NCBI GenBank assembly: GCA_963755025.1
Contig: CAVWIH010000024.1
Location: 1-64,000 of the forward strand
From: an uncultured Actinomycetes bacterium
Lineage (GTDB): Bacteria; Actinomycetota; Thermoleophilia; UBA2241
Length of the DNA stretch: 64,000 nt
Direction of reading: 5' to 3'
Positions 20,029 through 29,800 of the stretch are shown here, piece after piece. Below the pieces are notes generated by a model. It was not told the DNA's origin. It saw only the letters and a list, made by a program, of their open reading frames with translations, and ran no database searches. The position numbers were made by a program, and so were the translations under genes. The first letter of the stretch is position 1. Every line of letters begins with the position of its first letter.

Positions 20029-20668
20029 ACGGATGCTCTCCTCCGACGAGGTCGGCAAAGTGCGCGAGCAGTGCCTGCACCTGCTGTCCGAGATGGGCAT
20101 GAAGATCGACCACGAAGCCGTCCTGCGCATACTCGCCGACGCCGGCGCGCAGGTCGACTTCGAGACCAGGGTCGTGCGCTTCCCGGCCGCCCTGGTCGAG
20201 TCGGCCATAAAGACGGTCCCCGGCGAGCTCACGGTCAAGGGCGCCGAGGAGCGTCACGACTGCAAGATCCCGCACCCCGACGGCCTGTTCTACTCCTGCA
20301 CGAACATCCAGAGCATGCTGCACCACGACCCCGACACCGGGCGCTTCGTCGACAACACGGCCCAGAAGTACGCCGAGTGGTGTCAGGTCGTCGAGCTCCT
20401 CGACCACGCCGACATCTGCGCCATTCAGACGCCCATGGACGTGCCGGCCGAGAGCGCCGAGGTGCACGCCCTCGCCATCCAGATGCAGAACACGACCAAG
20501 CCGCTCTGGATGCACGCCTTCAGCCGCGAGGCCGTACCCTTCATGTTCGAGCTCATGGTCGCCCGCGTGGGCAGCGTCGAGGCCCTGCGCGAGCGCAGCC
20601 TCGTCATCATCAACCCCGGCACCGTCTCGCCGTTCATCATCAAGGAGATGGACGCCGAGGAGATCACG
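20029..20668 (+). pseudogene. MttB-superfamily methyltransferase, 5' half only (copy 2, truncated)
   Basis: MGDKLTLRML start with AGGAG RBS; EMGMKI, GAQVD, RFP, NTTKP motifs; similarity ends abruptly at about 20668. Confidence 0.8.
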
Positions 20669-21220
20669 GTCGGCAGCAGCGAGTTGCGCAGCACGTGGGT
20701 GAAGAGCACGCGCCGCGGCGACAGGCCGTTCAGGTTGGCGGTGCGCACGTAGTCCATCTGCAGCACGTCGACGGTGCTCGATCGCGTCATGCGTACCACG
20801 TAGGCCAGGCTGGTGAGCGCCACGGTAATCGCCGGCAGCACGAGGTAAGGGAACGCCTGCGTGAAGCTCGAGTGCGGGTCGATCGCCGAGCTCGCCGGGA
20901 ACCAGTGCAGTTTCACGGCGAAGATCGAGATGAGGATGACGCCGCTCACGAACTCGGGCAGACCGATGAAGGCCAGCGAGCCTATGGAGATCGTCTGGTC
21001 GAGCCAGGTGTTTCGTCGCAGGGCGGCGATCATGCCCAGGAAGATGCCCAGCGGCACGTAGAAGGCAAAAGCCACCAGGGCGAGCATGAGGGAGTTGCGC
21101 AGCCGCTCGAGGATCACGCCGCGCACCGGCTCGTTCATGCTGACCGAGGTGCCCCAGTCGCCGCGGATGTAGCTCGAGACCCAGCGCTCGTACTGCGTGG
21201 GGATGGGCTTGTCGAGGCCG
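20660..21220 (-). pseudogene. DppB/OppB-type ABC permease, internal fragment (inverted)
   Basis: GLDKPIPTQY..GDWGTS, LPAITVA, DYVRTA..GL, HVLRNSLLPTV motifs. Confidence 0.8.
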
Positions 21221-21429
21221 GCATAGGCTGGCTCATCGGCGGCCTCATCATCACCGAGTCGGTCTACTCGTACCCGGGCATCGGCCGGCTGCTGCTCTTC
21301 GCCATCACCAACCGCGACCTCAAGCTGGTGCAGGCCACGGCGTTGCTGATCGTCATCATCTACGTGGTCGCCAACTTCGTCGCCGACATCATCTACGCGC
21401 TGCTGAACCCGCGCATCAGGTACCAGTAG
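21221..21429 (+). pseudogene. DppB/OppB-type ABC permease, C-terminal fragment
   Basis: GGLIITESVYSYPGIG, NRD, NFVADIIYALLNPRIRY. Confidence 0.8.
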
Positions 21430-21568
21430 GGATCAGTAGGGCGATGCCGGCGCGGCGTCGCCGCGCGGCCGGGACGCGCGGTCGCCGCGCGGCCGGGGAC
21501 GCGCGGCGACGCGCGCTGTTGCGCGACGGCTATGATGTCGGGGTCGCCGTCGTCGCAAGGAGGGATTC

Positions 21569-22954
21569 GTGCTCAAGCACCCCCGCAACCCGAGGCGCGT
21601 GCAGCGTGACCTCGAGGTGCCGCCCATCTTCACCGCCGAGCTTTCGCGCGTGCCGCGCGACGAGCTGCCGGCGCGCGGCATGCCGCCCGACGCCGCCTAC
21701 CAGATCATCCACGACGAGCTCATGCTCGACGGCAACGCCCGCCTGAACCTGGCGACCTTCGTGACGACCTGGATGGAGCCCCAGGCCGACAAGCTCATGG
21801 CTGAGACCTTCGACAAGAACATGATCGACAAAGACGAGTACCCGCAGACCGCCGAGCTCGAGCTGCGCTGCGTGAACATGCTCTCGCGCCTCTGGCACGC
21901 GCCGGCCGCCGACGAGGCCGTGGGCTGCTCGACCACTGGTTCGAGCGAGGCCTGCATGCTCGGCGGCCTCGCCCTCAAGCGCCGCTGGCAGAAGCGGCGG
22001 CGGGCAGCGGGCCTGCCCGCCGATCGCCCCAACATGGTGATGGGCGTCAACGCCCAGATCTGCTGGGACAAGTTCATGAACTACTGGGACGTCGAACCCC
22101 GCCTGGTGCCCATGGAGGGCGACCGCTACCACCTGGCGGCCGACGAGGCCGTCGCCCTGTGCGACGAGAACACGATCGGCATGGTCGTCATCATGGGCTC
22201 GACCTACGACGGCAGCTACGAGCCGGTGGCCGACACCTGCCGGCTGCTCGACGAGCTCCAGGCGCGCACCGGCATCGACGTGCCGGTGCACGTCGACGGC
22301 GCCTCGGGGGCGATGGTCGCGCCCTTCATCGACCCCGACCTGCAGTGGGACTTCGCCCTGCCGCGCGTGGCCTCGATCAGCACCTCGGGACACAAGTACG
22401 GCCTGGTCTACCCCGGCGTGGGCTGGGTGGTGTGGCGCGACGCGCAGGCGCTGCCCGAGGAGCTCATCTTCTGGGTGAACTACCTGGGCGACGACATGCC
22501 GACCTTCGCCCTGAACTTCTCGCGGCCGGGCTCGCAGATCGTCACCCAGTACTACAACTTCCTGCGCCTGGGCTTCGACGGCTACGCCAGGGTGCAGGGC
22601 TACTCGCGCGACGTCGCCCTCTACCTGTCCGACAAGATCGCCGGCCTGGGGCCGTTCGAGCTGCTCACCCGCGGCGACGAGCTGCCCGTCTTTGCCTTCA
22701 CGCTGGCGGCCGACGTGAAGAACTTCAGCGTCTTCGACGTGGCCGACTGCCTGCGCGAGCGCGGCTGGCTCGTACCGGCCTACACGTTCCCCAAGAACCG
22801 CACCGACCTGGCGGCGCTGCGCATCGTCGTGCGCCGCGGCTTCACGCACGACGTCGCCGACCTGCTGCTGGCCGACTTCGCCCGTCAGCTGCCACGCCTC
22901 GCCAGGCAGACGGCGCCGGCCAACGAGGGCTCTGCGTCATCCTTCCATCACTAG
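21569..22954 (+). CDS. gadB: Glutamate decarboxylase
   Basis: LDGNARLNLATFVTTWME, KNMIDKDEYP, HVDGASG, STSGHKYG (PLP lysine), LNFSRP. Confidence 0.95.
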   Translation: MLKHPRNPRRVQRDLEVPPIFTAELSRVPRDELPARGMPPDAAYQIIHDELMLDGNARLNLATFVTTWMEPQADKLMAETFDKNMIDKDEYPQTAELELRCVNMLSRLWHAPAADEAVGCSTTGSSEACMLGGLALKRRWQKRRRAAGLPADRPNMVMGVNAQICWDKFMNYWDVEPRLVPMEGDRYHLAADEAVALCDENTIGMVVIMGSTYDGSYEPVADTCRLLDELQARTGIDVPVHVDGASGAMVAPFIDPDLQWDFALPRVASISTSGHKYGLVYPGVGWVVWRDAQALPEELIFWVNYLGDDMPTFALNFSRPGSQIVTQYYNFLRLGFDGYARVQGYSRDVALYLSDKIAGLGPFELLTRGDELPVFAFTLAADVKNFSVFDVADCLRERGWLVPAYTFPKNRTDLAALRIVVRRGFTHDVADLLLADFARQLPRLARQTAPANEGSASSFHH

Positions 22955-23066
22955 ACGCACCACGAAGTCATGCCTGTCTGAGCGGTGCCGACGAAGTCGG
23001 GCGACGGCCTAGACGCACCACGAAGTCATGCCTGTCTGAGCGGCGCCGACGAAGTCGCGCGACGGC
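22951..23066. repeat. 58-bp direct tandem duplication starting at the gadB stop codon
   Basis: CTAGACGCACCACGAAGTCATGCCTGTCTGAGCGG... at 22951 and 23009 with 2 mismatches. Confidence 0.9.
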
Positions 23067-23073
23067 CCGGGCT

Positions 23074-24453
23074 CTACCTCAGGCAGAACTCGTCGAGCTG
23101 ACGGCGCGTGACGTCGTCCAGGTCGTCGGGCGGCTCGTGGGCGGCGAGGCGGCGCTCCACCTCGGCGCGCGCCGCGGCGCGCACGTCGCCGTCGCCCAGG
23201 GCGCGCCAGCGCTCGGCGCTCTCGCGCACCAGGAACGTGGCGCGGTCGAGGTCACGGCCGTGGCGGCGCGTGTGCCCTTGACCCAGGTAGTCCCCGCCGG
23301 GGCCGACCGCGGCGATCACGTCGGTCGCCAGCGCCTCGGCGTCGGCGGCCGTCGGGGCGGCGGCGAGGCGCAGGGCGCAGATGAGCTCGTCGTCGAGCAC
23401 GTACTTCTCGAGCGACAGCACGTTGAACGAGCTCAGGATGCCGGCGGCCTGAAAGAGAAAGTCGCCGCCGGCGTCGGCCGAGGCCGACAGTCCCATGGTC
23501 GACTCGAGCAGCGCCTGGGCGTCGGGCACGTGCGAGTCGGTGACGGCTCCGCCCGCGCGCACCGGCAGTCCGGCGTGGTGGGCGAGGCTCACCGTCGCAT
23601 TCGCCATCAGGGCGAACTCCGGTGTGCCGAAGTGGGCGGCGCCGGTGCGCATGCTCGACATCGTCGAGACGGCGCCGTAGATGAACGGCGAGCCCTCGCG
23701 CGCGGCCTGCCCCAGCACCAGCGCGGCGAGCACCTCGGCGTGCTGCACGGTCAGCGTGCCGGCCGGCGTCGCCGGGCCGGTCGCGCCGCCCATCACGCAG
23801 GCGGTCACGCAGGCGGGCTGACCGAGAGCGGCCCAGCGCCGCAGGATGCGCGCGGTCTCCACCGACAGCAGCAGCGGAGAGTTGGTGTTGAGCACGATCA
23901 GCGCGCGCGGAGTGTCGGCCCACTGCGCGCCGTAGAGGATCTCGTTCATGGCGATCGCCTCGTCGACGTCGGGCTCGAGCGACGCGGTCCACTCCATCGA
24001 TTTGTCGCTCAGCGTGAGGCGAGCGTGGTCGGAGCGCCGCGTGCGCTGCTCCTCGGGCAGGTCGAGCGGCTCGATGCAGTCGCTGTTGAAGTCGAGGCCC
24101 GGCGACAGATGGCCGAGCTTGACCGTCGCCTGCGCGTCGGCCAGGGTGCCGGGTCGCACCACGGCGCCGTCGAGTACGTAGGCTGGCCCCGAGCCGCTGC
24201 CGAACACCGGCTGACCATCGCCGAAGCGCAGGTCGCGCCCCGGGTTACGCCCGGTCAGGGTGAATGCCCTCGGTGTACCGGAGAGGGCGCGCTCGACGAC
24301 CTCGCGCTCGATGAACACGCGGCGACCGTCGGCACGGGCTCCCACCGTCTTGAGCAGCGCGACGGAGTCGTCGTCCATGACGACCACGCCGGTCTGGGCC
24401 AGCACCCGCAGGGCGGCCTCGTGGATGGCGACGATGTCGGCGGGCGCGAACAT
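23074..24453 (-). CDS. MttB-superfamily methyltransferase (non-pyrrolysine), copy 3; start uncertain (possible GTG near 24594 with an indel)
   Basis: IHEAALRVL, GGATGPAT.AG, GSPFIYG, TDSH.PDAQA, GPGGDYL...HT. Confidence 0.88.
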   Translation of the reverse strand: MFAPADIVAIHEAALRVLAQTGVVVMDDDSVALLKTVGARADGRRVFIEREVVERALSGTPRAFTLTGRNPGRDLRFGDGQPVFGSGSGPAYVLDGAVVRPGTLADAQATVKLGHLSPGLDFNSDCIEPLDLPEEQRTRRSDHARLTLSDKSMEWTASLEPDVDEAIAMNEILYGAQWADTPRALIVLNTNSPLLLSVETARILRRWAALGQPACVTACVMGGATGPATPAGTLTVQHAEVLAALVLGQAAREGSPFIYGAVSTMSSMRTGAAHFGTPEFALMANATVSLAHHAGLPVRAGGAVTDSHVPDAQALLESTMGLSASADAGGDFLFQAAGILSSFNVLSLEKYVLDDELICALRLAAAPTAADAEALATDVIAAVGPGGDYLGQGHTRRHGRDLDRATFLVRESAERWRALGDGDVRAAARAEVERRLAAHEPPDDLDDVTRRQLDEFCLR

Positions 24454-24864
24454 CAGCGGCTGCGCGCGGCGAAGGCCGGCGACCGAGGGGCTCGCGAGAT
24501 GGGGACCGGCGGCCACAGGGCTCGCGGGGCGAGGGCCGGTGACCAAGGGGCTCGCGCGCGCGAGGGCGGTCTGAGCGTCGATCTGTCTCCCACTGTGCCG
24601 TCTCCTTGGTCGTGCCGTCAGATGCGTCGTGCGCGCCGCACACGCCGCAGCTCGTAGCATAGGCAATCGCGCGGCGCGTTGCTTCCGCACCGGCGCCTCC
24701 CCACGTGCCGCGCTCACGCGACCTGTGCGATCCCCGCGTGCGCGCTCACGCGCCTGTGCGATCTCCACGCGCCGCGCTTTCCGGCCGCTCGGCGCGGTTT
24801 GGGCGACCGGCGAAACCGTGCAGAACCAAACCGACACCCGGCCACGACGAAATGAGGACCCCAG

Positions 24865-25380
24865 ATGCTCGACCAGCGCATGCAGGACGCCCTGAACAAG
24901 CAGATCAACGCCGAGATCTACTCGGCCTATCTGTACCTCTCGATGTCGTCGCAGTTCGCCGAGCTGGGCATGGCGGGCGGCCAGAACTGGATGCACATCC
25001 AGTTCCAGGAGGAGCTCTTCCACGTGCAGAAGTTCTTCGACTACGTCGTCGAGCGCGGCGGCCGGGTGCTGCTGACGGCCATCGACCAGCCCGACCAGGA
25101 ATGGCCCACGGCGCTCGCCATCTTCGAGCAGGCCCTCGCCCACGAGCAGAAGGTCACCGCCCTCATCAACGGCCTCGCCGACTTGGCCGTGGAGCTGCGC
25201 GACCACGCCACCCTGCAGGAGCTGCAGTGGTTCATCGGCGAGCAGGTCGAAGAAGAGGCCACCGCCGGCGACATGGTCAAGAAGCTGCGGCTCATGGAAG
25301 GCGCCCCCGGCGCGCTCTACGAGATCGACAAAGAGCTCGCCACCCGCGTGTACACGGCGCCGGCGATCGCCGCTACGTAA
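24865..25380 (+). CDS. ftnA: Ferritin
   Basis: LNKQINAEIYSAYLYLSM, EELFH, HEQKVT, LQWFIGEQVEEE ferroxidase motifs. Confidence 0.95.
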   Translation: MLDQRMQDALNKQINAEIYSAYLYLSMSSQFAELGMAGGQNWMHIQFQEELFHVQKFFDYVVERGGRVLLTAIDQPDQEWPTALAIFEQALAHEQKVTALINGLADLAVELRDHATLQELQWFIGEQVEEEATAGDMVKKLRLMEGAPGALYEIDKELATRVYTAPAIAAT

Positions 25381-25391
25381 GAGCGGGCGCG

Positions 25392-26057
25392 GTGGCCCAC
25401 CCGGCGACAGCGACGCTGCGGCTGCACTTCGCGCGCCACGGCGAGACCGTGTCGAGCACCGAGGGCCGCTTCTGCGGGGTGACCGAGTGCGCGCTCACCG
25501 CCGACGGCCGCCTCATGGCCGAGCTGCTCGCAGAGCGCTGCGCGGCCGGCGGTCAGTGGCGCGCGGTCGTGGCGAGCCCCCTGGAGCGCTGCCTCGCGAC
25601 GGCGCGGCCCGCGGCCGAGCGGCTCGGCTTGCCGGTCGACGTCGAAGCGGGGCTGCGCGAGATCGACCACGGCGTCTGGGAAGACCGCCCCGCGGCCGAG
25701 ATCGTCGCGAGCGACGCGGCCGCCTTCGCCGCCTGGCGCGAGCACCCCGGCCTGCGCGGCGCGCCGGGCGGCGAGACGGGCTACGCCGTCGCCGCCCGGG
25801 CCGTGCCGGTCGTCGAGGCGCTGCGCAGCGCTTACGGCGACGGCGACGTGCTCGTGGTCAGCCACAAGGCGACGATCCGCATTCTCGTCTGCGTGCTGCT
25901 CGGCGTCGACGTCGACCGCTACCGCGACCGGGTGGCGTGCCCGGTCGGCTCGGTCACGACCTTCGCCTTCACCGCTGGCGACGATCCCCTGCTGCTGGCG
26001 CTGGGCGACGTCTCGCACCTGCCGGCGCGCCTGCGCTCGGCCGGCGACGGCACCTAG
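25392..26057 (+). CDS. Histidine phosphatase family protein
   Basis: RHGE, SPLERC, LREIDHG.WE, PGGE, VVSH motifs. Confidence 0.9.
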   Translation: MAHPATATLRLHFARHGETVSSTEGRFCGVTECALTADGRLMAELLAERCAAGGQWRAVVASPLERCLATARPAAERLGLPVDVEAGLREIDHGVWEDRPAAEIVASDAAAFAAWREHPGLRGAPGGETGYAVAARAVPVVEALRSAYGDGDVLVVSHKATIRILVCVLLGVDVDRYRDRVACPVGSVTTFAFTAGDDPLLLALGDVSHLPARLRSAGDGT

Positions 26058-26084
26058 GACGGGCCGGCGCTATGCTCGCATCCG

Positions 26085-26212
26085 CGCCGCCGCGCCGCGC
26101 CGCGCCACCTCGTCCGCGCGCCGCGCCGCGCCACCTCGTCCGCGCGCCGCGCCGCGCCACCTCGTCCGCGCGCCGCGCCGCGCCACCTCGTCCGCGCGCC
26201 GCGCCGCGCACC
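26085..26212. repeat. 26-bp GC-rich tandem repeat (about 4.5 copies) between convergent genes
   Basis: CCACCTCGTCCGCGCGCCGCGCCGCG units at 26105, 26131, 26157, 26183. Confidence 0.9.
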
Positions 26213-26220
26213 TCTGCCCG

Positions 26221-26667
26221 TCAGCCCTGTTCGAGGGTGGCGGTCACGGTGACGTCGACGTTGCCGGCGAGGGCCTGCGACACGGGACAGCCGTCGCGGG
26301 CGGCGTCGGCGGCCGCGGCAAAGCCCGACTGGTCGAGGCCCGGCACGACGCCCTTCACTTCAAGGCGCGAGCTCTCGACGCGAAAGCCGGCGGCGCTCTG
26401 GGCGAAGGTGACGGTGGCCGTCACCTCGAGGCTCTCGGGCGGCGTGCCGGCGTCGGTCAGGCCTCCCGAGAAGGCCATCGCAAAACACGAGGCGTGGGCG
26501 CCGGCGATGAGCTCCTCGGGGCTGGTCTTGCCCTCTGAGCGAGCAGTGCGCGAGGCCCAGGTGACCGCCATCTCGGGTGCGGCGCCGCTTGTCAATCGCA
26601 AGCGCCCTTCGCCGGCGGCGAGCGTGCCGCTCCAGCTGACCTGAGCGCGGCGTTCGGCAGAGATCAT
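26221..26667 (-). CDS. osmC: OsmC-family peroxiredoxin
   Basis: TSPEELIAGAHASCFAMA and CPVSQAL cysteine motifs. Confidence 0.92.
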   Translation of the reverse strand: MISAERRAQVSWSGTLAAGEGRLRLTSGAAPEMAVTWASRTARSEGKTSPEELIAGAHASCFAMAFSGGLTDAGTPPESLEVTATVTFAQSAAGFRVESSRLEVKGVVPGLDQSGFAAAADAARDGCPVSQALAGNVDVTVTATLEQG

Positions 26668-26790
26668 GGTTCCTCCTCGAAGGGTGGTCGACGTACGTCG
26701 GTGTCCCTACCTACCCTAAAAGGCGCGTCACCTATGCGGCGGCCGTCTCGGGCGCGCCACCCCTGCGGCGGCTGTTCCGGGAACGGCACG

Positions 26791-27420
26791 TCACCTGGTC
26801 GGCTGCCGCCCGGCGAGCGCGAGGCGGCGGTCCCAGGCGGCGACCACCTCGGGGGCGTAGCGCGTGAGCCGGTCGCCGATGACCGCGCTGTGCACGGTGC
26901 GCTCGGGCTGCAGGTGCACCACCTCACCGCCGGCGTAGACCACGAAGTCGGCCACCATGGAGCGGTGGCAGCGCCACCAGAGCGCCTCGGCGCAGAGGAT
27001 GGCCAGGTCGCCGCGGCCGCCGGCGAGCAGCAGCTCGCCGGCCGCCGTCAGGAACTCGTCGCTCGCCATGTGCCACATGTAGTTCTCGAAGCCCTCGGAG
27101 CGCCAGCGCGGCTGCGGTTCGGCCGGCGCGGCGAACAGGGTCAGCGGCGCGGCGTCGGGCGGCGCTGCGTCGGGCGGCGCTGCGACGGGGGCGGGCGGCG
27201 CGGGGCGCGCATGCGCCCCGCGCCGCCCGCCCAGCTCGCGCACCCAGCGGTAGCTCACGCCGGCGCCCGCGAGGCGCTCCTGGAGCGCCTCGCGGGCAAA
27301 CCAGGGCCAGTGCGACGTGGGGTAGGAGCGTATGTCCCACACCGCCGCGACCGGCGCCGCGGCGAGCAGCGCCTCGAACTCCTCGGGGGCAAGCGAGGAG
27401 TGTCCGACGCTGAAGATCAC
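26791..27420 (-). CDS. DUF488-family protein
   Basis: SVGHS, DIRSYP.S, ELGGRR, LCAEALWWRCHR motifs. Confidence 0.8.
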   Translation of the reverse strand: MIFSVGHSSLAPEEFEALLAAAPVAAVWDIRSYPTSHWPWFAREALQERLAGAGVSYRWVRELGGRRGAHARPAPPAPVAAPPDAAPPDAAPLTLFAAPAEPQPRWRSEGFENYMWHMASDEFLTAAGELLLAGGRGDLAILCAEALWWRCHRSMVADFVVYAGGEVVHLQPERTVHSAVIGDRLTRYAPEVVAAWDRRLALAGRQPTR

Positions 27421-27471
27421 GGCGTCGCCCCTTGGCTCGCCGAGGGCGAAACACGATAGAGTAGCGCCATC

Positions 27472-28593
27472 ATGCGTCTCGATCCCTTTCAGCTCGAACG
27501 CTACTTCGGCCAGTATGAGTTCTCGGTGCCCTTCCCGCTGGCCGCTTCCGACTGCGACGGTTTGCCCCTGAGCGAGGTGCTCGAGCTCGCCGACGCACCC
27601 ACTCGCGAGCTCTGGGACGCCCTGCAGCTGGGCTACACCGAGACGCAGGGCCACCCGCTGCTGCGCCGGGCGATCGCCGACATGTACGAGGGCTGCGAGC
27701 CCGACCAGGTGCTGGTGGCCGCCCCCGAAGAGCTCATCTTCATCGCCGCGAACTGCCTCGTGCGCAACGGCGACCACGTCGTCTGCACCTTCCCCGGCTA
27801 TCAGTCGCTGTATTCGGTGGCCGAGGCGCTGCACGCCGAAGTCGGCCATTGGGAGCCCGACGAAGCCCAGGGCTGGTACTTCGACCCCGACCGCCTGGCC
27901 GCGCTCATCCGGCCCAGCACGCGCCTCATCGTGCTCAACTTTCCCCACAACCCGACCGGCGCGCTGCCCAGCGCCGCCGACTACGACCGCATCCTCGAGA
28001 TCGCCGAGCACTATGGCATCGCCGTCTTCTCCGACGAGATGTACCGGCTGCTCGAGCTCGACCAGGCCGATCGCCTGCCGTCGGCGGTCGAACGCTACGA
28101 CAAGGCGGTCACGCTGTCGGGCGTCTCCAAGACCCTGGGGCTGGCCGGCCTGCGCATAGGCTGGCTCATAGTGCGCGACCCGTCGCTCATGCGCCGCCTG
28201 ATCGCCCTCAAGGACTACACCACGATCTGTAGCAGCGCCCCCAGCGAGATCCTGGCGATAGCCGGGCTGGGCGCGCGCGACGAGATCGTCGACCGTCACC
28301 GGCGGCGCATGACGCGCAACCTCGGCCTGCTCACCGGGTTCATGGCCAAGTACGAGCCGCTGTTCTCGTGGACGCCGCCTCGCGGCGGCACGGTCTGCTT
28401 TCCGCGCTTCAAGCCCGACTCGATCGGCACCACCGAGTTCTGCCGGCTGGTGCGCGAAGAGGCCGACGTCATGCTGGCGCCGTCGGCGGTCTTCGACTAC
28501 GGCGAGCGCCACCTGCGCATCGGCGTCGGGCGCGAGAACTTTCCCGAAGGGCTCCTGCGCCTGAGCACGTTCCTCACCAGCAGGCGCACGTAG
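27472..28593 (+). CDS. PLP-dependent aminotransferase class I/II
   Basis: NFPHNPTG, SDEMY, SKTLGLAGLRIGW. Confidence 0.92.
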   Translation: MRLDPFQLERYFGQYEFSVPFPLAASDCDGLPLSEVLELADAPTRELWDALQLGYTETQGHPLLRRAIADMYEGCEPDQVLVAAPEELIFIAANCLVRNGDHVVCTFPGYQSLYSVAEALHAEVGHWEPDEAQGWYFDPDRLAALIRPSTRLIVLNFPHNPTGALPSAADYDRILEIAEHYGIAVFSDEMYRLLELDQADRLPSAVERYDKAVTLSGVSKTLGLAGLRIGWLIVRDPSLMRRLIALKDYTTICSSAPSEILAIAGLGARDEIVDRHRRRMTRNLGLLTGFMAKYEPLFSWTPPRGGTVCFPRFKPDSIGTTEFCRLVREEADVMLAPSAVFDYGERHLRIGVGRENFPEGLLRLSTFLTSRRT

Positions 28594-28743
28594 GAGCAGC
28601 GGCCCGTGGGCGCCCGCTGCGGGCGCTCAGCCGACAGTCGCGACCGGATGGCCGTCGGGCCCGGTCGCGGCCCTCAGCGCTCACCGGCCCGGGCGCGGCT
28701 CAACGGCCACCCGGCCCGTCAGCGGCCACCCGGCTCGGCCGCG

Positions 28744-28834
28744 GCCCTCAGCGGCTCCTGCGACCATTCGGCCTCGTCGGTCGCCCTCAGCGGCTCCTGC
28801 GACCCTTCGGCCTCGTCGGTCGCGCTCAGCGGCT
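28744..28834. repeat. 39-bp tandem repeat ending at the GNAT gene stop codon
   Basis: CTCAGCGGCT at 28747, 28786 and 28825 with near-identical spacers. Confidence 0.85.
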
Positions 28835-29800
28835 GTCGCGCAGGATCTGCTCGTAGAAGTCGTGGACGAGCGACACGCGCATGCCGAGGCGCTCGTACAG
28901 GCTCACGGCGCCGCTCGGGTTGTCGGCGTCGACGCCGAGCACCGCGTTGCTGCAGCCGCGCTCGCGCAGCGCCGTGAACGCGGTCAGCAGCAGCAGCGAG
29001 CCCACGCCGCGGTGGCGCCAGGGCTTGCGCACGGCGAGCTGGTCGACGTAGCCCCCGTAAGGCTCGACGTAACTGATGGAGTAGCCGACCATCTGGTCGT
29101 CGTCCCAGGCGGTGAACCACAGGTCGGTGTCGACTTCGTCGGTGAGCGTCGAGGGTAGCCACTCTTCGAAGGGCTGGTCGGTAAAGCGAAAGTGCTCGGC
29201 GAAGGCGTCTTCGCCGGTGGCCCACAGGGCGCGCTCGTCGCGGCGGCGCGTGAAGCGGCGCACCTCGAGCCCGGGCGGCGGAGCGTAGGCCGGGCCGTCG
29301 CCGGGCAGCTCGTCGAGCGCCAGGCGCATGCGCAGGAACGAGCGCACCCGGGCGAAGCCGGCGCTCCGGTAGAGCTCGGCGCGGCGGTCGCGGCGGTCGC
29401 ACCACACGCCCAGCGACACGCGGGCGTCGGCGGCCGCTCGGGCCGCGATCTCCGCCCCGTAACCTTCGAGCCATTCGAGCAGCGGCGCTTCGAGGCCGCG
29501 CCACTGGTGGTCGGGATGCACGACGAACTGGCCGTCGATCGAGGTGTGGGCGGCCGTCACGTCGAGCGCCCACGCCCAGGCCGCGAGGCCGCCGTCGGGC
29601 GCGACCACAAGCCAGGCGTCGCGCCCGAGGTCGAAGCGGGCGTGGGCCCAGTCGGCGCGCAGGTCGTCGCGGCTCGCCAGTGTCTCGCCCGAGACGGCCA
29701 GGTCGACGGCGGCCACCAGGGCGACGACCTCGTCGAGGTCGTCGCCGCGCGGCCGCCGCGGGCTGTAGCCCGACGGCAGGCCGCGCGGCGCCGAGGTCAT
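28826..29800 (-). CDS. Tandem-domain GNAT acetyltransferase
   Basis: VHPDHQWRG and VRKPWRHRGVG motif A; LGVDADNPSGAVSLYERLG. Confidence 0.88.
   Translation of the reverse strand: MTSAPRGLPSGYSPRRPRGDDLDEVVALVAAVDLAVSGETLASRDDLRADWAHARFDLGRDAWLVVAPDGGLAAWAWALDVTAAHTSIDGQFVVHPDHQWRGLEAPLLEWLEGYGAEIAARAAADARVSLGVWCDRRDRRAELYRSAGFARVRSFLRMRLALDELPGDGPAYAPPPGLEVRRFTRRRDERALWATGEDAFAEHFRFTDQPFEEWLPSTLTDEVDTDLWFTAWDDDQMVGYSISYVEPYGGYVDQLAVRKPWRHRGVGSLLLLTAFTALRERGCSNAVLGVDADNPSGAVSLYERLGMRVSLVHDFYEQILRDSR

Noticed and set aside
22951-28834. CRISPR array interpretation of the repeats at 22951, 26085 and 28744
   Set aside because: Head-to-tail units without unique spacers; no cas genes
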